Origin: the human T2T-CHM13v2.0 reference genome, Homo sapiens
Assembly (NCBI RefSeq): GCF_009914755.1
Contig: NC_060930.1
DNA length: 64,000 bases
Reading direction: 5' to 3' (one strand)
Positions 52,165 through 64,000 of this stretch are shown here, in pieces. The translations under genes were made by a program, and so were the position numbers. Position 1 is the stretch's first letter; each line of letters opens with the position of its first letter. The notes under the pieces are model-generated. The model did not search any database and was not told the origin of the DNA. It saw nothing but the letters and a program-made list of their open reading frames with translations.

Positions 52165-53392
52165 ACGCCATCTGAACCTCTCAGCGACTTTTGCTCACTC
52201 CCTCCTTGGAGCATTTTTACAGTTTGGCTTACATGTTACCATGCTTTCCAGATACTCCTCCGACAACCCTGGCTGTTCCCTCTCACTGTCTTTTCTTGGA
52301 TGCTCCTCTTCTCTTTTCTAGCAAGTCACCACATGGTGCCAGTGCCATGGCTTTAATGGCCATGCAGACAGTGATGACCACAAACGGAAGTCTCTCTAAC
52401 CTTGACTCTTCCTCTGAAGCCCAGCTGTGTGTATACAACTGCCTGCTCAACATGAACCCTGGATATCTCATAGACAATGCCAACTTCACATGTCCAGAAC
52501 AGACTTGCTGTCCCTCCTCCAACCTTCTCCATGGTTCTACATCTCAGTAAATGGCATTCTCCTTTGCTATAACCAATTTTAGAGTCATTTTTTACTTTTT
52601 TCATGGCATGGAACCTAAACCCTACATCCCATCCTTCAACATATATCACATATCTGTTTCTTGCCTCTTTGACTACTACCTTCCTTGTTCATCTAAGCCA
52701 CCAATATCTCTCTCCTGAGCTACGGCAACAGCTCCTCGCTGGCTGTCCTGCTTTCCCTCTGGCTCCCTGGTGATCTGTTCTAGGTATATCGGCCCAAGTG
52801 ATTTTTCTAAATAAGGTCAGATCTTGTCACTTTCCTTCTGGAACTCTCCAGTGGTTTCATATCTCGCTTGGAATATACAGAAAAGTCGTTATGATCACCT
52901 ACAATGCCCTATATGGTTTGGCCTTTGGATGCCTCTCCAGCGATCTCTTTATTGCAACCATACAGGCTTCTTTTATTTTCCTCAAACACTTTGAGCAAAC
53001 TTCTACCTTATGACCTTGGCATTTGCCAGTCCCGTACCTGGAATGTTCTACTAGCTGCCCAGCTGTCGCCTCACTCACTGTTTTCAAGTCTCTATTCAAC
53101 CATTGCAGCCTCAGAAAGAACATCCTTAAATACTCTATCTAAACTAGCATTCCTGGCATTCTCCATCTCTTTACCCTATTTTATTTTTATTCTTGAAATC
53201 CCTTACTCCTTGACAACCTATTACAACCTTTGTGTTTATTTGCTGATTACCTGTCTCTTTGGCTTGGATATAAGCTTTGTGGGAGTAGGGATTTTGTTTT
53301 GTTCACTACTGTGTCCCCTGCTCTTAAAACAATACCTGACCATGGTGAGAGGGTGGTCAGGATTTGCTGAATGCATGAATGAATGAATGAAT
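52165..53392 (+). mobile_element. L2 LINE, ~1.2 kb 3' portion
   Basis: CCATGGCTTTAA...CAACTGCCTGCTCAACAT...TTTTGTTCACTACTGTGTCCCC...(GAAT)n tail. Confidence 0.85.
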
Positions 53393-54221
53393 GGCTCAAA
53401 TGCCATCCTGTTATTGTAGATCAGGGAACTTGAGTAGAATCTTGGTTACAGAGGAGGGAAAAAGGCATTTGAGACCATTAGATTCCAGAGTTTTCCTCTC
53501 TAGCAATAGTCACCACATGGATGATGACCTCACCCAGTGCCATGGCTTTAATGACCATGGCAAACTCTTCTTGCAAGAGAGGAAAGATTTGGGATCTAAT
53601 AATCTTGAATGCCTCTTTCTTGAATCTTGAGTGCTTTTCTCTTTCTATTACTTTAATACTGTCTCCTACACACAAAGGTTAATGATTGCTTTTCCTTCAA
53701 AGATAATTCGTATTTTTATAGGGAACAAAGTCATCAAGCACAGAAATGGATTTCCAATTAGACAGATTGTGTCAGCAAGCCAGGAGGGAGGGTTCACGTG
53801 TGTGTGTGCAAGGGTGGATGGTAGTAGTGGTGAGTGATGAGAGGCACACAGAGCCTTCCTGGGTTTGGAAATCATATCACAATATAAAACCAGTCTAGTA
53901 TGTATGAAAGGTGATCTGGTCACTTCTTTACTCTAGAGAAAGGGCCAGAGTTAGTGTAGATGCATCCTTATGAAAATGTCATCTCTCTAAGGATTGCAGG
54001 AGCAATGAGGAAATATAATTCATACAATCTCCTCCAGGGTTTTAGACCTCAAGATAGGCCAGAGAGAGATTAAGGAAGCCAGTAGTAAAGCTAATTGTGG
54101 TGGAGATTTGCCTATCATGGTGAGATCCTGCATAGAGATGTCTGACATAGCATCTTAAATACAGCATCCAAAGAATGGAATGTTCCTGTTCAGGGTCAGG
54201 CCTTTTAAGAGCAAACCTACT

Positions 54222-54591
<370 letters not shown>

Positions 54592-55252
54592 TCAAAACAG
54601 TTGAGAAGCATACCTGAAGGTGTTAACCACTAGTTTGCTACATAAGCCAATAATATCTACCCTTTATTGGATACTCATTTGTTCCAAATACTATGTTAAG
54701 TGCTACTAATAATAAAATCAACAATGATTGCTAATATTTATATATTAATATAATAAATATAATATAAAACTTGCTAAGATTTATATATTAATATAACTAA
54801 TATTTATTAGTTCTTATATGACAAGAATAGTTCTAAGTCTTTAGTGAGCTTATTTTATTCTTATGAAGACCCTTATGAGGGAGGTGCTAGTATTTTCTGC
54901 ATTAAGCTGATCAGAAAACTGAGTTCTAGAGAGACTGTGAATTTCCCAAGGTGATTCAGTTATAAGTGGTGCAGCTGGGATTTGAACCCAGGCAGTTTAC
55001 CTTCACAACCGGTGTTACGTTAAACTGCATAAATGTTAAACTCACTTAACATTCGTGACTTTAGGAAATAGGTGCTATCGTTTGCTTTTTATAGTCCCTG
55101 CATTGTGTTGCTGTAAGAAGCCTAAGCCTCTGGTGCCTTTAGCTTGTCAGTCTTGAAGGGGAAATTGATCATTTTCCTGACAGTCTGATACTGAGAAGTG
55201 ATGTACTTTGAATACTTTGATACTGAGAAATGATATTTTGGTGTACAGTTCT

Positions 55253-57088
55253 CTGTACACCAAAAACCATAAAACAACTGTTGAGAAAAATTAAAGAAGA
55301 TATAAATAAATGGAGAGATATAATGTGTTCATGAATCCAAAGACTTATATCGGTAAGATGTCAGTTCTTCCTAAATTGATTTATAGATTTGATATCACCC
55401 CAATCAAAAGCCCAGTAGGCTTTTTTTTGTAGAAATGAACAAATCGATTCTGAACTTCATATAGAAACACAAAGGACCTAGAACAGCACAAACAAAAAGC
55501 AAAACAAAAATCCTCAAAAACAAAAATCTTTATAAAAGAAGAACAAACTTGGAGGATTAATACTGCCGGATTTCAAGAATTGCAAAACTATACTAATCAA
55601 GACAATGTGATATTGGCTTAAAGACTGACAAATAGATAAGTGGAATAGAAAGAGGCCTACACACCTATATGGACAACTGACTTTTGACAAAGGTGCAAAG
55701 AAACTTTAGTGGAGAAACATAGTTCTTTCAACAAATGGTGCTAGTACACTTGGATATCAGTATTCAAAATAGTGCACTTCAGTTCATATCTTTCATTATA
55801 TGAATATTAATTCAAAGTGGATCAGAAATAAATATAAAACCTAAAACTATAAAAATATAAGAGAAAATGTTTGTGACTTTGGGTAGGCAAGGATTTCTTA
55901 GTTACCACACCAAAAGCACAATCCATAAAAGAAAAAATTAATAAATAGGACTTCATAAAAATTAAAAACACCTGCTCTTCTAAAGACATTGTTATTAGAC
56001 TAAGAAGACAAGCCAGACACTGGCGGAAAATGTTTACAATATATAAATCTGATAAAGTAATTGTAGCCAGAATAGATAAGAAACTCTCATTACTGAATAA
56101 TAAGAAAACAAACCAAATAGAAAATGGACAAAATATTTGACCAGACATTTTATTAATGAGGACACACACAGATGACAAATAAGCATATGAAAAGATGCTC
56201 AACATCATTAGTCATTAGAGAAATGCAAATTAAAGCCACTAGAAGGTACCACTACATACCTATTAGAATAGCAAGAATTAGAAGGAAAATCTGACCATAA
56301 AATGTGTTGGCAAGGGTGAGGAGGAACTGGAACTCTCAAACACTGGTGATGGGAACATAGTTAGGCAGTTTCTTAGGAAGTTAGGAATACACTGATCATA
56401 TAATCTAGTCATTGATTCCTAGATTTTTATCCAAGAGAAAAGAAAGCCTATGCCATGCACACCCTTTTACATAAATGTTTTTAGAATTTTATTTCTAATT
56501 GCCCCCAACTGGGAACAAACCAAATATCTATCAAAGGTGAATGGATAAACACACTGTGGTCCATCCGTATGAAGAATAACACTCAGCCATAATGAAAATA
56601 AATGAACTATTGATACATATTACAACATAGATACAAATCAAAGTAACTATTCTGAGTATAAGAAGCCAGAAAAAGGGTATATAAGATATGTATCATTTAT
56701 ATAATTTTCTGGAATATCCAAACTGATGTATAGTGACAGAAAGCAGATTAACGGTTGCCTAGGAATGGGGCTGGGGGTAGGAAGCAGCAGAGGTGGGATT
56801 ACAAAGGGGCATGAGAAAACTTCTGGAGGTGATGGATGTGTTTGTTATCTTGGTTTTGGCGATGGTTCCACCAGTGCATATATATATGTCAATGTTATCA
56901 AAATTTACTTTAATTGGAGGCTTCTCTACTCAGTACAATCATCATTAATATGGAACTTTTCATGGTTATCTGGTTGGGCTCACACAATTTTTTAAAAAAT
57001 AAAGGTGTAATTACAGATTAAAATAATTTATATTTTCAGTATGTGTAGTTTATCGTATGTCAGTTATGCCTCAATAAAGCTGTTTAAA
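55253..57088 (+). mobile_element. Old L1M (MC/MD/ME-like) ORF2 3' part and 3' UTR, degenerate
   Basis: AAATTAAAGAAGA..TAAATAAATGGAGAGATATA...TTTTGACAAAGGTGC...GCTCAACATCATTAGTCATTAG...CCTCAATAAAGCTG. Confidence 0.9.
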
Positions 57089-57099
57089 GAAGCCAAGTA

Positions 57100-57402
57100 G
57101 GCTGGGCGCGGTGGCTCACGCTTTTAGTCTCAGCACTTTGGGAGGCCCAGGCAGGCGGATCCACTTGATATCAGGAGTTCGAGACCAGCCTGGCCAACAT
57201 GGCAAAACCCCATCTCTACTAAAAATACAAAAATCAGCCAGGCATGGTGGCAGGTGCCTGTAATCCCAGACGCTCAGGAGGCTGAGGCAGGAGAATTGCT
57301 TGAACCTGGTAGGTGGAGGTTGGAGTTAGCTGAAATGGTGTCACTGTATGCCAGTCTGGGTGGCAGAGCGAGACTCCATCTCAAAACAAAACAAAACAAA
57401 AA
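57100..57402 (+). mobile_element. AluS
   Basis: Dimer, (CAAAA)n tail, CCAAGTAG duplicated on both flanks. Confidence 0.95.
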
Positions 57403-59363
57403 CCAAGTAGTTAATGTCTGTGGACATAGGTTTATACGTGTGTGACAAGCTGGTATGAAGGTACAGTAGTGCACAAATCCACACACACACACACACACAC
57501 ACACAGAACACATAAATAAAAAGTGTTATAAGGGCTACAGATAACGGTCTTGAGTTTTTAGGCAATATTCTTCATCCCCTTCATCCATTCTCCTCTACGT
57601 ACTTTTCCTACACATTCCTACTTAATGGTCTGTTGTAAAGCCTTCTGACTTGGTTTCATGTGAAATCTACTGCCTCAAGTGCACAAGCTTCCAGATGGGG
57701 TTGGAGTTTGGGGCAGAGAGTAGCAAAAGGATAAGGTTAAGACGCTAACCCATCACCCAGCAGGTAAGAGGTGTCACTTAACCTTCCAGCTTCTGGAAGT
57801 TGAATTTTGTAATGAGCTGTCACTGTCTTTATCACCTAACAATTACTGCAACTGAGTAGGGTGGGATAAAACCTGGAAAACATTACTCTGTCAACAGCAT
57901 TGATATCTTTGATGAAGCTGTCTATGGTGGGGTCCCGGGTACAGTTGAAAATTGGCACATGGCCTGTTAAAATGGTTTAGGTTCTTTCCATTCCTCCACT
58001 CTGCAGACTGCTCCTGGCTTGTGATATGGCAATTGTTTGGTCAGATCACTAGAGGTGGTCATGTTGTTAGAACATCCTGATCTTGACTTTATATGTGGCT
58101 CAGTCAAAATTACGCAGGCTGGTTCAGCTGCAGTTCAAGTGGCGTATGGCGTGTGGCCTGGGGTGTTGCTGGGCAACATTACTGCCTGTCCAGCTGCATG
58201 CCGAGGGTGGTGTTTACCTTAAAGAGTACACCCTGGTCTAAGGTCTGTTAGGCTCATAAAAGTGATTTTGTTGGCGTGCTTAGGGTGGAGTCAGCACACC
58301 ACGTCAGATATAATTAAATTCGTCTATACAACTGACAAGTAGACCAGAATGTGTTGAGGCAGAGCTGCCAATAGTCTCACTATGTGAGGAGCCAAATTAT
58401 CACAAGGTTGCTTGGTGTCCACAGGATCAGAACAAGTGCTCTTAATGGATCTTAGAATGCTGCTGTCAATGGCTTGAGGCACTCTTGCTCACAACAGGGA
58501 ACGTCTCATAAAGGGAACCATACTTTTGGTCAACACTGCCAAGACTATGTTTTTCTTAGATGCTTCCATGTCCAAGGGCTTTGCCATCTAGAGGGGCTTT
58601 CAGACCCTCTGATTCTCCTTCTTTCTTGCTTCTTTGGCTGACCAGCCCCTTCTGTTCACATACCTTTCATCCAATCAGATAACATGGATAACATTTCATC
58701 CAATCAGGCACAATGCAGCCACTTGGCATTCTGCTCACTGACTTACAACCATATATTCATCTTCCTCATTACTATACCCCAGATCAGCAGGACTGAAGTT
58801 TAAGAAGTTCCCACACTCTTCTATTTTACAGACAGATGGATGTTTTCTTGGTTTACTTCCATAATTGACTAATTGCAGCCATTTTGTTTTACTAGTGTGT
58901 ATGTATTGAATGTATGCATTTTGCTAATTTAACTCTGAAATCTTCCTTATGTCCAAGTCCTTTGGAGGTATCTAACTAGCTTGCCTCTCCTCTCCTGCCA
59001 TTGATTTGAGTCCAGACTTTGCCATAAACTAACCTATGCTCAGCAAACGCATTCATCTTATTGGCTTCAAACAGGCTGTTAATAAAATGGATACAATATT
59101 TCTGACTCACAAGAACAAACATTTTTTGAAGAGCTGGAACAGCTAGCATGAAAAGAAGAGCTTGAGATGAAAAAGTGAACAATGAAGGCACATGTGATTG
59201 AATTCTTCCACTGTACTCTTTTATATCTGACCTGTAAAATCTAGGAAGTGTGATTATATTTTGGGAAAAGGCAGCTAAATTAAGTAATATAATTCTGGTA
59301 CTGCTATAAACCTATTTTCTATTATTATTGTTATTTGATTTTATGTGGTAATATTCAGGTTAA

Positions 59364-59705
<342 letters not shown>

Positions 59706-61215
59706 AGCAGATATTATTTGTATTTATTTTCTCTCCCTAGCTGTTATAGGTCAGGGGTGGGGAGGGTAGGGAAGGAGAGAAGGAGATCTCAGACTGTTAA
59801 ATAATTTCTCCAAGATCCTTAAGAATAAGAGAAACAATATGCAGCATTTAATTATTCCATACCAGATCTCCAGGTGAAAATCTAAAAATTCAGGCAAAAA
59901 ATCCTATAGATATATAACCTCTGTAATGGTAAAGTCAGAGTTTAAAAAAATAGGTATGTAACTAACTGTTCCATTAGCACTTGTGTAGACGGTTCCACGG
60001 GGGCAAAGATGCATGCAGATTTTCACACAGGAGTTCTTTCCACTCGTATTACCTCCAGACAGCCTTACGATTCCGTTAAGGAGACTCCATTTGCCTATTT
60101 GCCTGTGTCCATTTCCTCATTCTTTAGCAGGTATTTGTTGGAAGCCTCTGTTGTTTCTCACATTTGCTCGGAACTATGAGCAGGACAACCTTTCAAGACA
60201 TATGTTTTCATGAGCCACAGCGACGCTTGCAAGCCAGGCTGATACCATCCAGACCTTCATTCCCCCCAAAGGCTGTCTCCACCTTTTAAGCTCTCTTGAC
60301 AGAATCAAACACAAAACACAAGCCTTAGTATGTGACTTCTGGCCTCCAAATAAAGCATTATGGGGTATTCTGTTTCTATTTTCCTTGACTTTCCCCAAAG
60401 TAATTTTATATCCCTTAGGAGCCAAGAAGCATTTCCCATAATTACGGTTGGCTACTGGCACTTGCTCCTTGAGGTATTCATCTGTGCAGCTCCCAGACCA
60501 AGAGGCATTGCCCTGGAACTGCGGGTTTTGCAGCAGAGTGGTCGTCCTCCTCCTCACCGTGGAGTCCTGCGTAGAAGAGCAGGAAACAAAGCTCCAGCTG
60601 TACCTCGAGACCAAATGAGCCCTTTTATCCATTAATTGGAATTAATAAGGGTGGGCAAGAGGCCCCTGGGTGAACACTGCGCTGGGCTGTCACTGACTAG
60701 CTGTGGGTAACATGTCTTCCGAGTCTCAGTCGCCTCAACTGCAAAACCTTAAAAAGGGATTGAAAGAAAGGGGCAGCTAACATCTCTCCGAGGCAGGCAC
60801 TGTCAGCAGCTGTGCTCATCTCTACATCTCCCTGCTTTCTTCGGATTTAGGTTGATGATGCGATTGAGTGCTAGACGGTAGAGTGCCAGTGGAAGTGATG
60901 TACTCTGCTTTCTAGCCTGCTCCCTAACATGTCCCACACACTCCCTCTTGAAGAAGACGGAGTGTTTCACATGCTGGAAGTGAAAGGCCCCGAGATACTG
61001 GAGCCCATGATGGAAGAGACCCAGATCCCCGAGGACAGCTGTCCAGGAGAGTCCCTGACTGGACCACGAGTGAGAACAGTGTGTTGTGCTGAGCCACTGA
61101 GCTTGTACGATTTCCTTGCTACTGCGGTTCACTGCAGCACTATCCTCGTGAAGGTGCTCTACTGGGTCCAAAATTCTGTGTATCTAGGGAATGGCAGAGC
61201 ACAGGGCAGAAATAG

Positions 61216-61528
<313 letters not shown>

Positions 61529-62839
61529 AGAATGAGATTTTTAACACGAGCAGGAAGCACTCCATGTAAACCTACTGTTTAATTGGATATTGTACTCAAA
61601 GGTGCTTCTCTAAATGAGCCAGTGAAAACCCAAGTGGGCGTTGGATAATACTTAACAGATAGGGTTGCATAGTTTCAGTGTAACGGTGCCTCTGTGGGTT
61701 ACAGCACCATGGTCAAAACTGGAAAAATAGTTTCTTAGAAACGAATAAAGGCAAACTATGGGAAAATGGTCATGGAAGGCTCTCTCACTAAGAAGAAGAA
61801 AACTCAGAATGTCTTGTTATTAGCAACATAGATCTCCAACTAAAGGGCTTACTCATCCCTGCACTTGTGATGTCTGCATGGAGATGGTGAGTACAGGGTC
61901 ACCTTTGAGTTCTCTGTCATTGTCATATTTTTGCTGTGCTGCTTCCAGAATCTTTTTCATCATGTAATCAGAGATAGTGATTAGGTCTGGGTGGTTATTG
62001 ATCATTTGGGGAAAATAGACTTACTTTAATCCTTCTTCAGAATGGATTCCCACAGATAAGGTTTTCATCTGGACTTATTTTTACTGAGTGAAAGTGCCAT
62101 TTTCAAGAAACCCCCAAAGCTTTATATTTTAGAATAAGTGAGGCCCATCTATGGGAAAAGAAAGCCACAGAAGACACTGAAAAACCACATGACCCGGTGT
62201 TAAATCAAGAAAAGCGTCTGGTAGGCATGGGAAAGCCTGTTTAAGCTTCGAGGTCACTTTCTGCATCTCAGCTCCTGTTTATTTTCTGGACCTTGGTCAG
62301 CGTCTTCTTGACAGTGTAATTTCTGCAATGCAGCTGGACTTTGTGACCCATAATCAAACCCAGAAAGCCTTCAGCAATCCCATCTGGGTGAGGGGCTCCA
62401 TTTTGTTTGGTTGAAATGAAAAAGTTAAACCTCCATCCAGACATGCCTCTTTGCAGGCCCAATGACTCTTCCACCAGCAGGACACTTCGTCTTTGAATAG
62501 GCTTCTCATTTTCCAGACAAGCTCAGGGGATCTGCATCCTCCAGTAAAATTTCTGTCTGCACAAAATTGCCTTTTAGTGGTGATTTATAACTCAATAAAA
62601 TGACATCTCAAAAAGGAGAATTGGTTTGAGTCTATAACTGATGTGATTTATGCATGTTTTAGTTTTGGAATACACAGAATTTATGCAATGGAGAGAGGTC
62701 TCTGTGATGTGATGTGCAGATGTACATCCACAGAACTCATGACAAGGAGGGAGGTGCAAATGTCCTCAGGCATCCTCTAAGCACAGACCTCCCTGGGTTC
62801 TAATACAAAGAATATTCTTACTGAGCTCAGCCTCAAGCA

Positions 62840-63016
62840 GAGGGCTTCATGATTTTCTGGGTATCAGAAACATCCATGGAACTTGCTAAAATTATACATT
62901 CCTGGGCTCCACCCTAGAACCCATGAACTAGATTCATTAAGAATGGGGTGGGGTCCAGGGATCTGTAGTTTAACAATCTCTACAGGTGGTTCCAGTCACA
63001 TACTTGAGAAACCACT
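62840..63016. mobile_element. MER5A-like MITE
   Basis: ATTCCTGGGCTCCACCC...GGGGTGGGG.CCAGG.ATCTG...TTGAGAACCACT. Confidence 0.7.
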
Positions 63017-63099
63017 CCAAGTTGAGAAACACTTGTAGTTTGTAATCATTCACTGCCAATGAACTATTTGCTGTAAAAAGGGGAAGGGAACAAATGCTT

Positions 63100-63330
63100 T
63101 TTAAATGCCTTCTTTGTGTCAAGCATTGTTGCTAGACAATCTAAGTCTATGTTTTTTTTTTTGTTTAAATCTTGCAACAGTCCAATAAGATGGGTATTAT
63201 TATATTCATTTTGCACAGGAGAAATTGGAGGTTCAGAGAGGTTAAGAAATATTAGCAAACAGCAAGATAGAGATTTGAACCCAGACCTTTCTGGCGCCAC
63301 AGTGCACTTTTCCACTAACCCATGTTAGCA
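63100..63330 (-). mobile_element. MIR SINE
   Basis: CATTTTGCACAGGAGAAATTGGAGGTTCAGAGAGGTTAAG...GATTTGAACCCAG. Confidence 0.75.
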
Positions 63331-63427
63331 GCCCAGGATTGGGCCAAATATTTTCGAGTTTTTAATATGTTACCCTTAGATCTACTGAGAGACATTGTGA
63401 GAAATTTCTTTGTTTTCTATCCCCCCC

Positions 63428-64000
63428 TCTCAGCTTTATCGAAGCATATTTGACAAATAAAAATTGTATATAGTTACAGTGTACAACATGATGCTTTGAT
63501 ATACATATACATTGTGAAATAATTACCACAACCAAGCTAATTGAAATATCTGTCACCTCACACCATGACCGTCTATGTGTGTGTGTGTGCGTGTTGAGAA
63601 TATTTAAGATCTACTGTGGTAGCAAGTTTCAAGTATATATTAAATACAGTATTTTTAACCATGTCACCATGTTATTTATTAGATTCCCAAAACTTGTTCA
63701 TCTTGTAACTGAAAATGTGTACTCTTTGACCAACATCTTTCCAATCCTCCCAGTCCCCCAACCCCTGGTAAGCACAGTTCTACTTTCTGCTTCTATGAGT
63801 CTGTCTTTTTTAGATGCCATATATAAAGTGAGATCATGTAGTATTTGTCTTTCTGTGCCTGGCTTATTTCACTCAGCATAATGTCCTCCAGGTTCATCCA
63901 CATTGTCACAAATGACAGGACTTCCTTCTTCTTCAAGGCTGAATAGAATTCCATTGTGTAAGTGTGTGTGTGTGTGTGTATGTGTGTATGTGTGTGTGTG
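63428..64000 (-). mobile_element. L1MA-type 3' end, with a (GT)n tract at the window edge
   Basis: TGACAAATAAAAATTGTATA...GTACAACATGATG...TGTGCCTGGCTTATTTCACT.AGCATAATGTCCTCCAGGTTCATCCA. Confidence 0.9.

Noticed and set aside
52904-53386. 160-aa hydrophobic, membrane-protein-looking ORF
   Set aside because: Entirely within the pyrimidine-rich L2 3' region; the hydrophobicity reflects T/C richness

Overview
Primate, almost certainly human, genomic DNA from the NEDD9 (HEF1/Cas-L) locus. It is identified by a minus-strand first coding exon ATGAAGTATAAG|GTAAGAG (MKYK, the start of NEDD9 MKYKNLMARALYDNV...) and a 5' UTR I recognise from the HEF1 mRNA. Bases 1-2441 are intron 1. About 2454-2620 is the 5' UTR, about 2620-4300 is promoter, and the remaining ~60 kb is upstream regulatory DNA, which by recollection also lies in early introns of longer upstream-initiated NEDD9 transcripts. 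The region is rich in Alu, L1, L2, MIR, ERVL/MaLR LTRs, hAT/Tigger MITEs and microsatellites. I can support none of the supplied six-frame ORFs as real genes, and I see no new protein-coding system. The best second-look candidates are: a 93-nt near-perfect hairpin formed by inverted duplication inside an L2 (25583-25675); a tandem AG|GT recursive-splice-like pair on the NEDD9 sense strand (49824-49874); a perfect distal DR2 retinoic-acid element (37283-37296) complementing the four-half-site promoter RARE (3475-3505); a two-ATG uORF in the 5' UTR; and plus-strand splice signals suggesting an antisense transcript. Repeat subfamily calls are by eye from remembered consensus sequences, and their boundaries are approximate.
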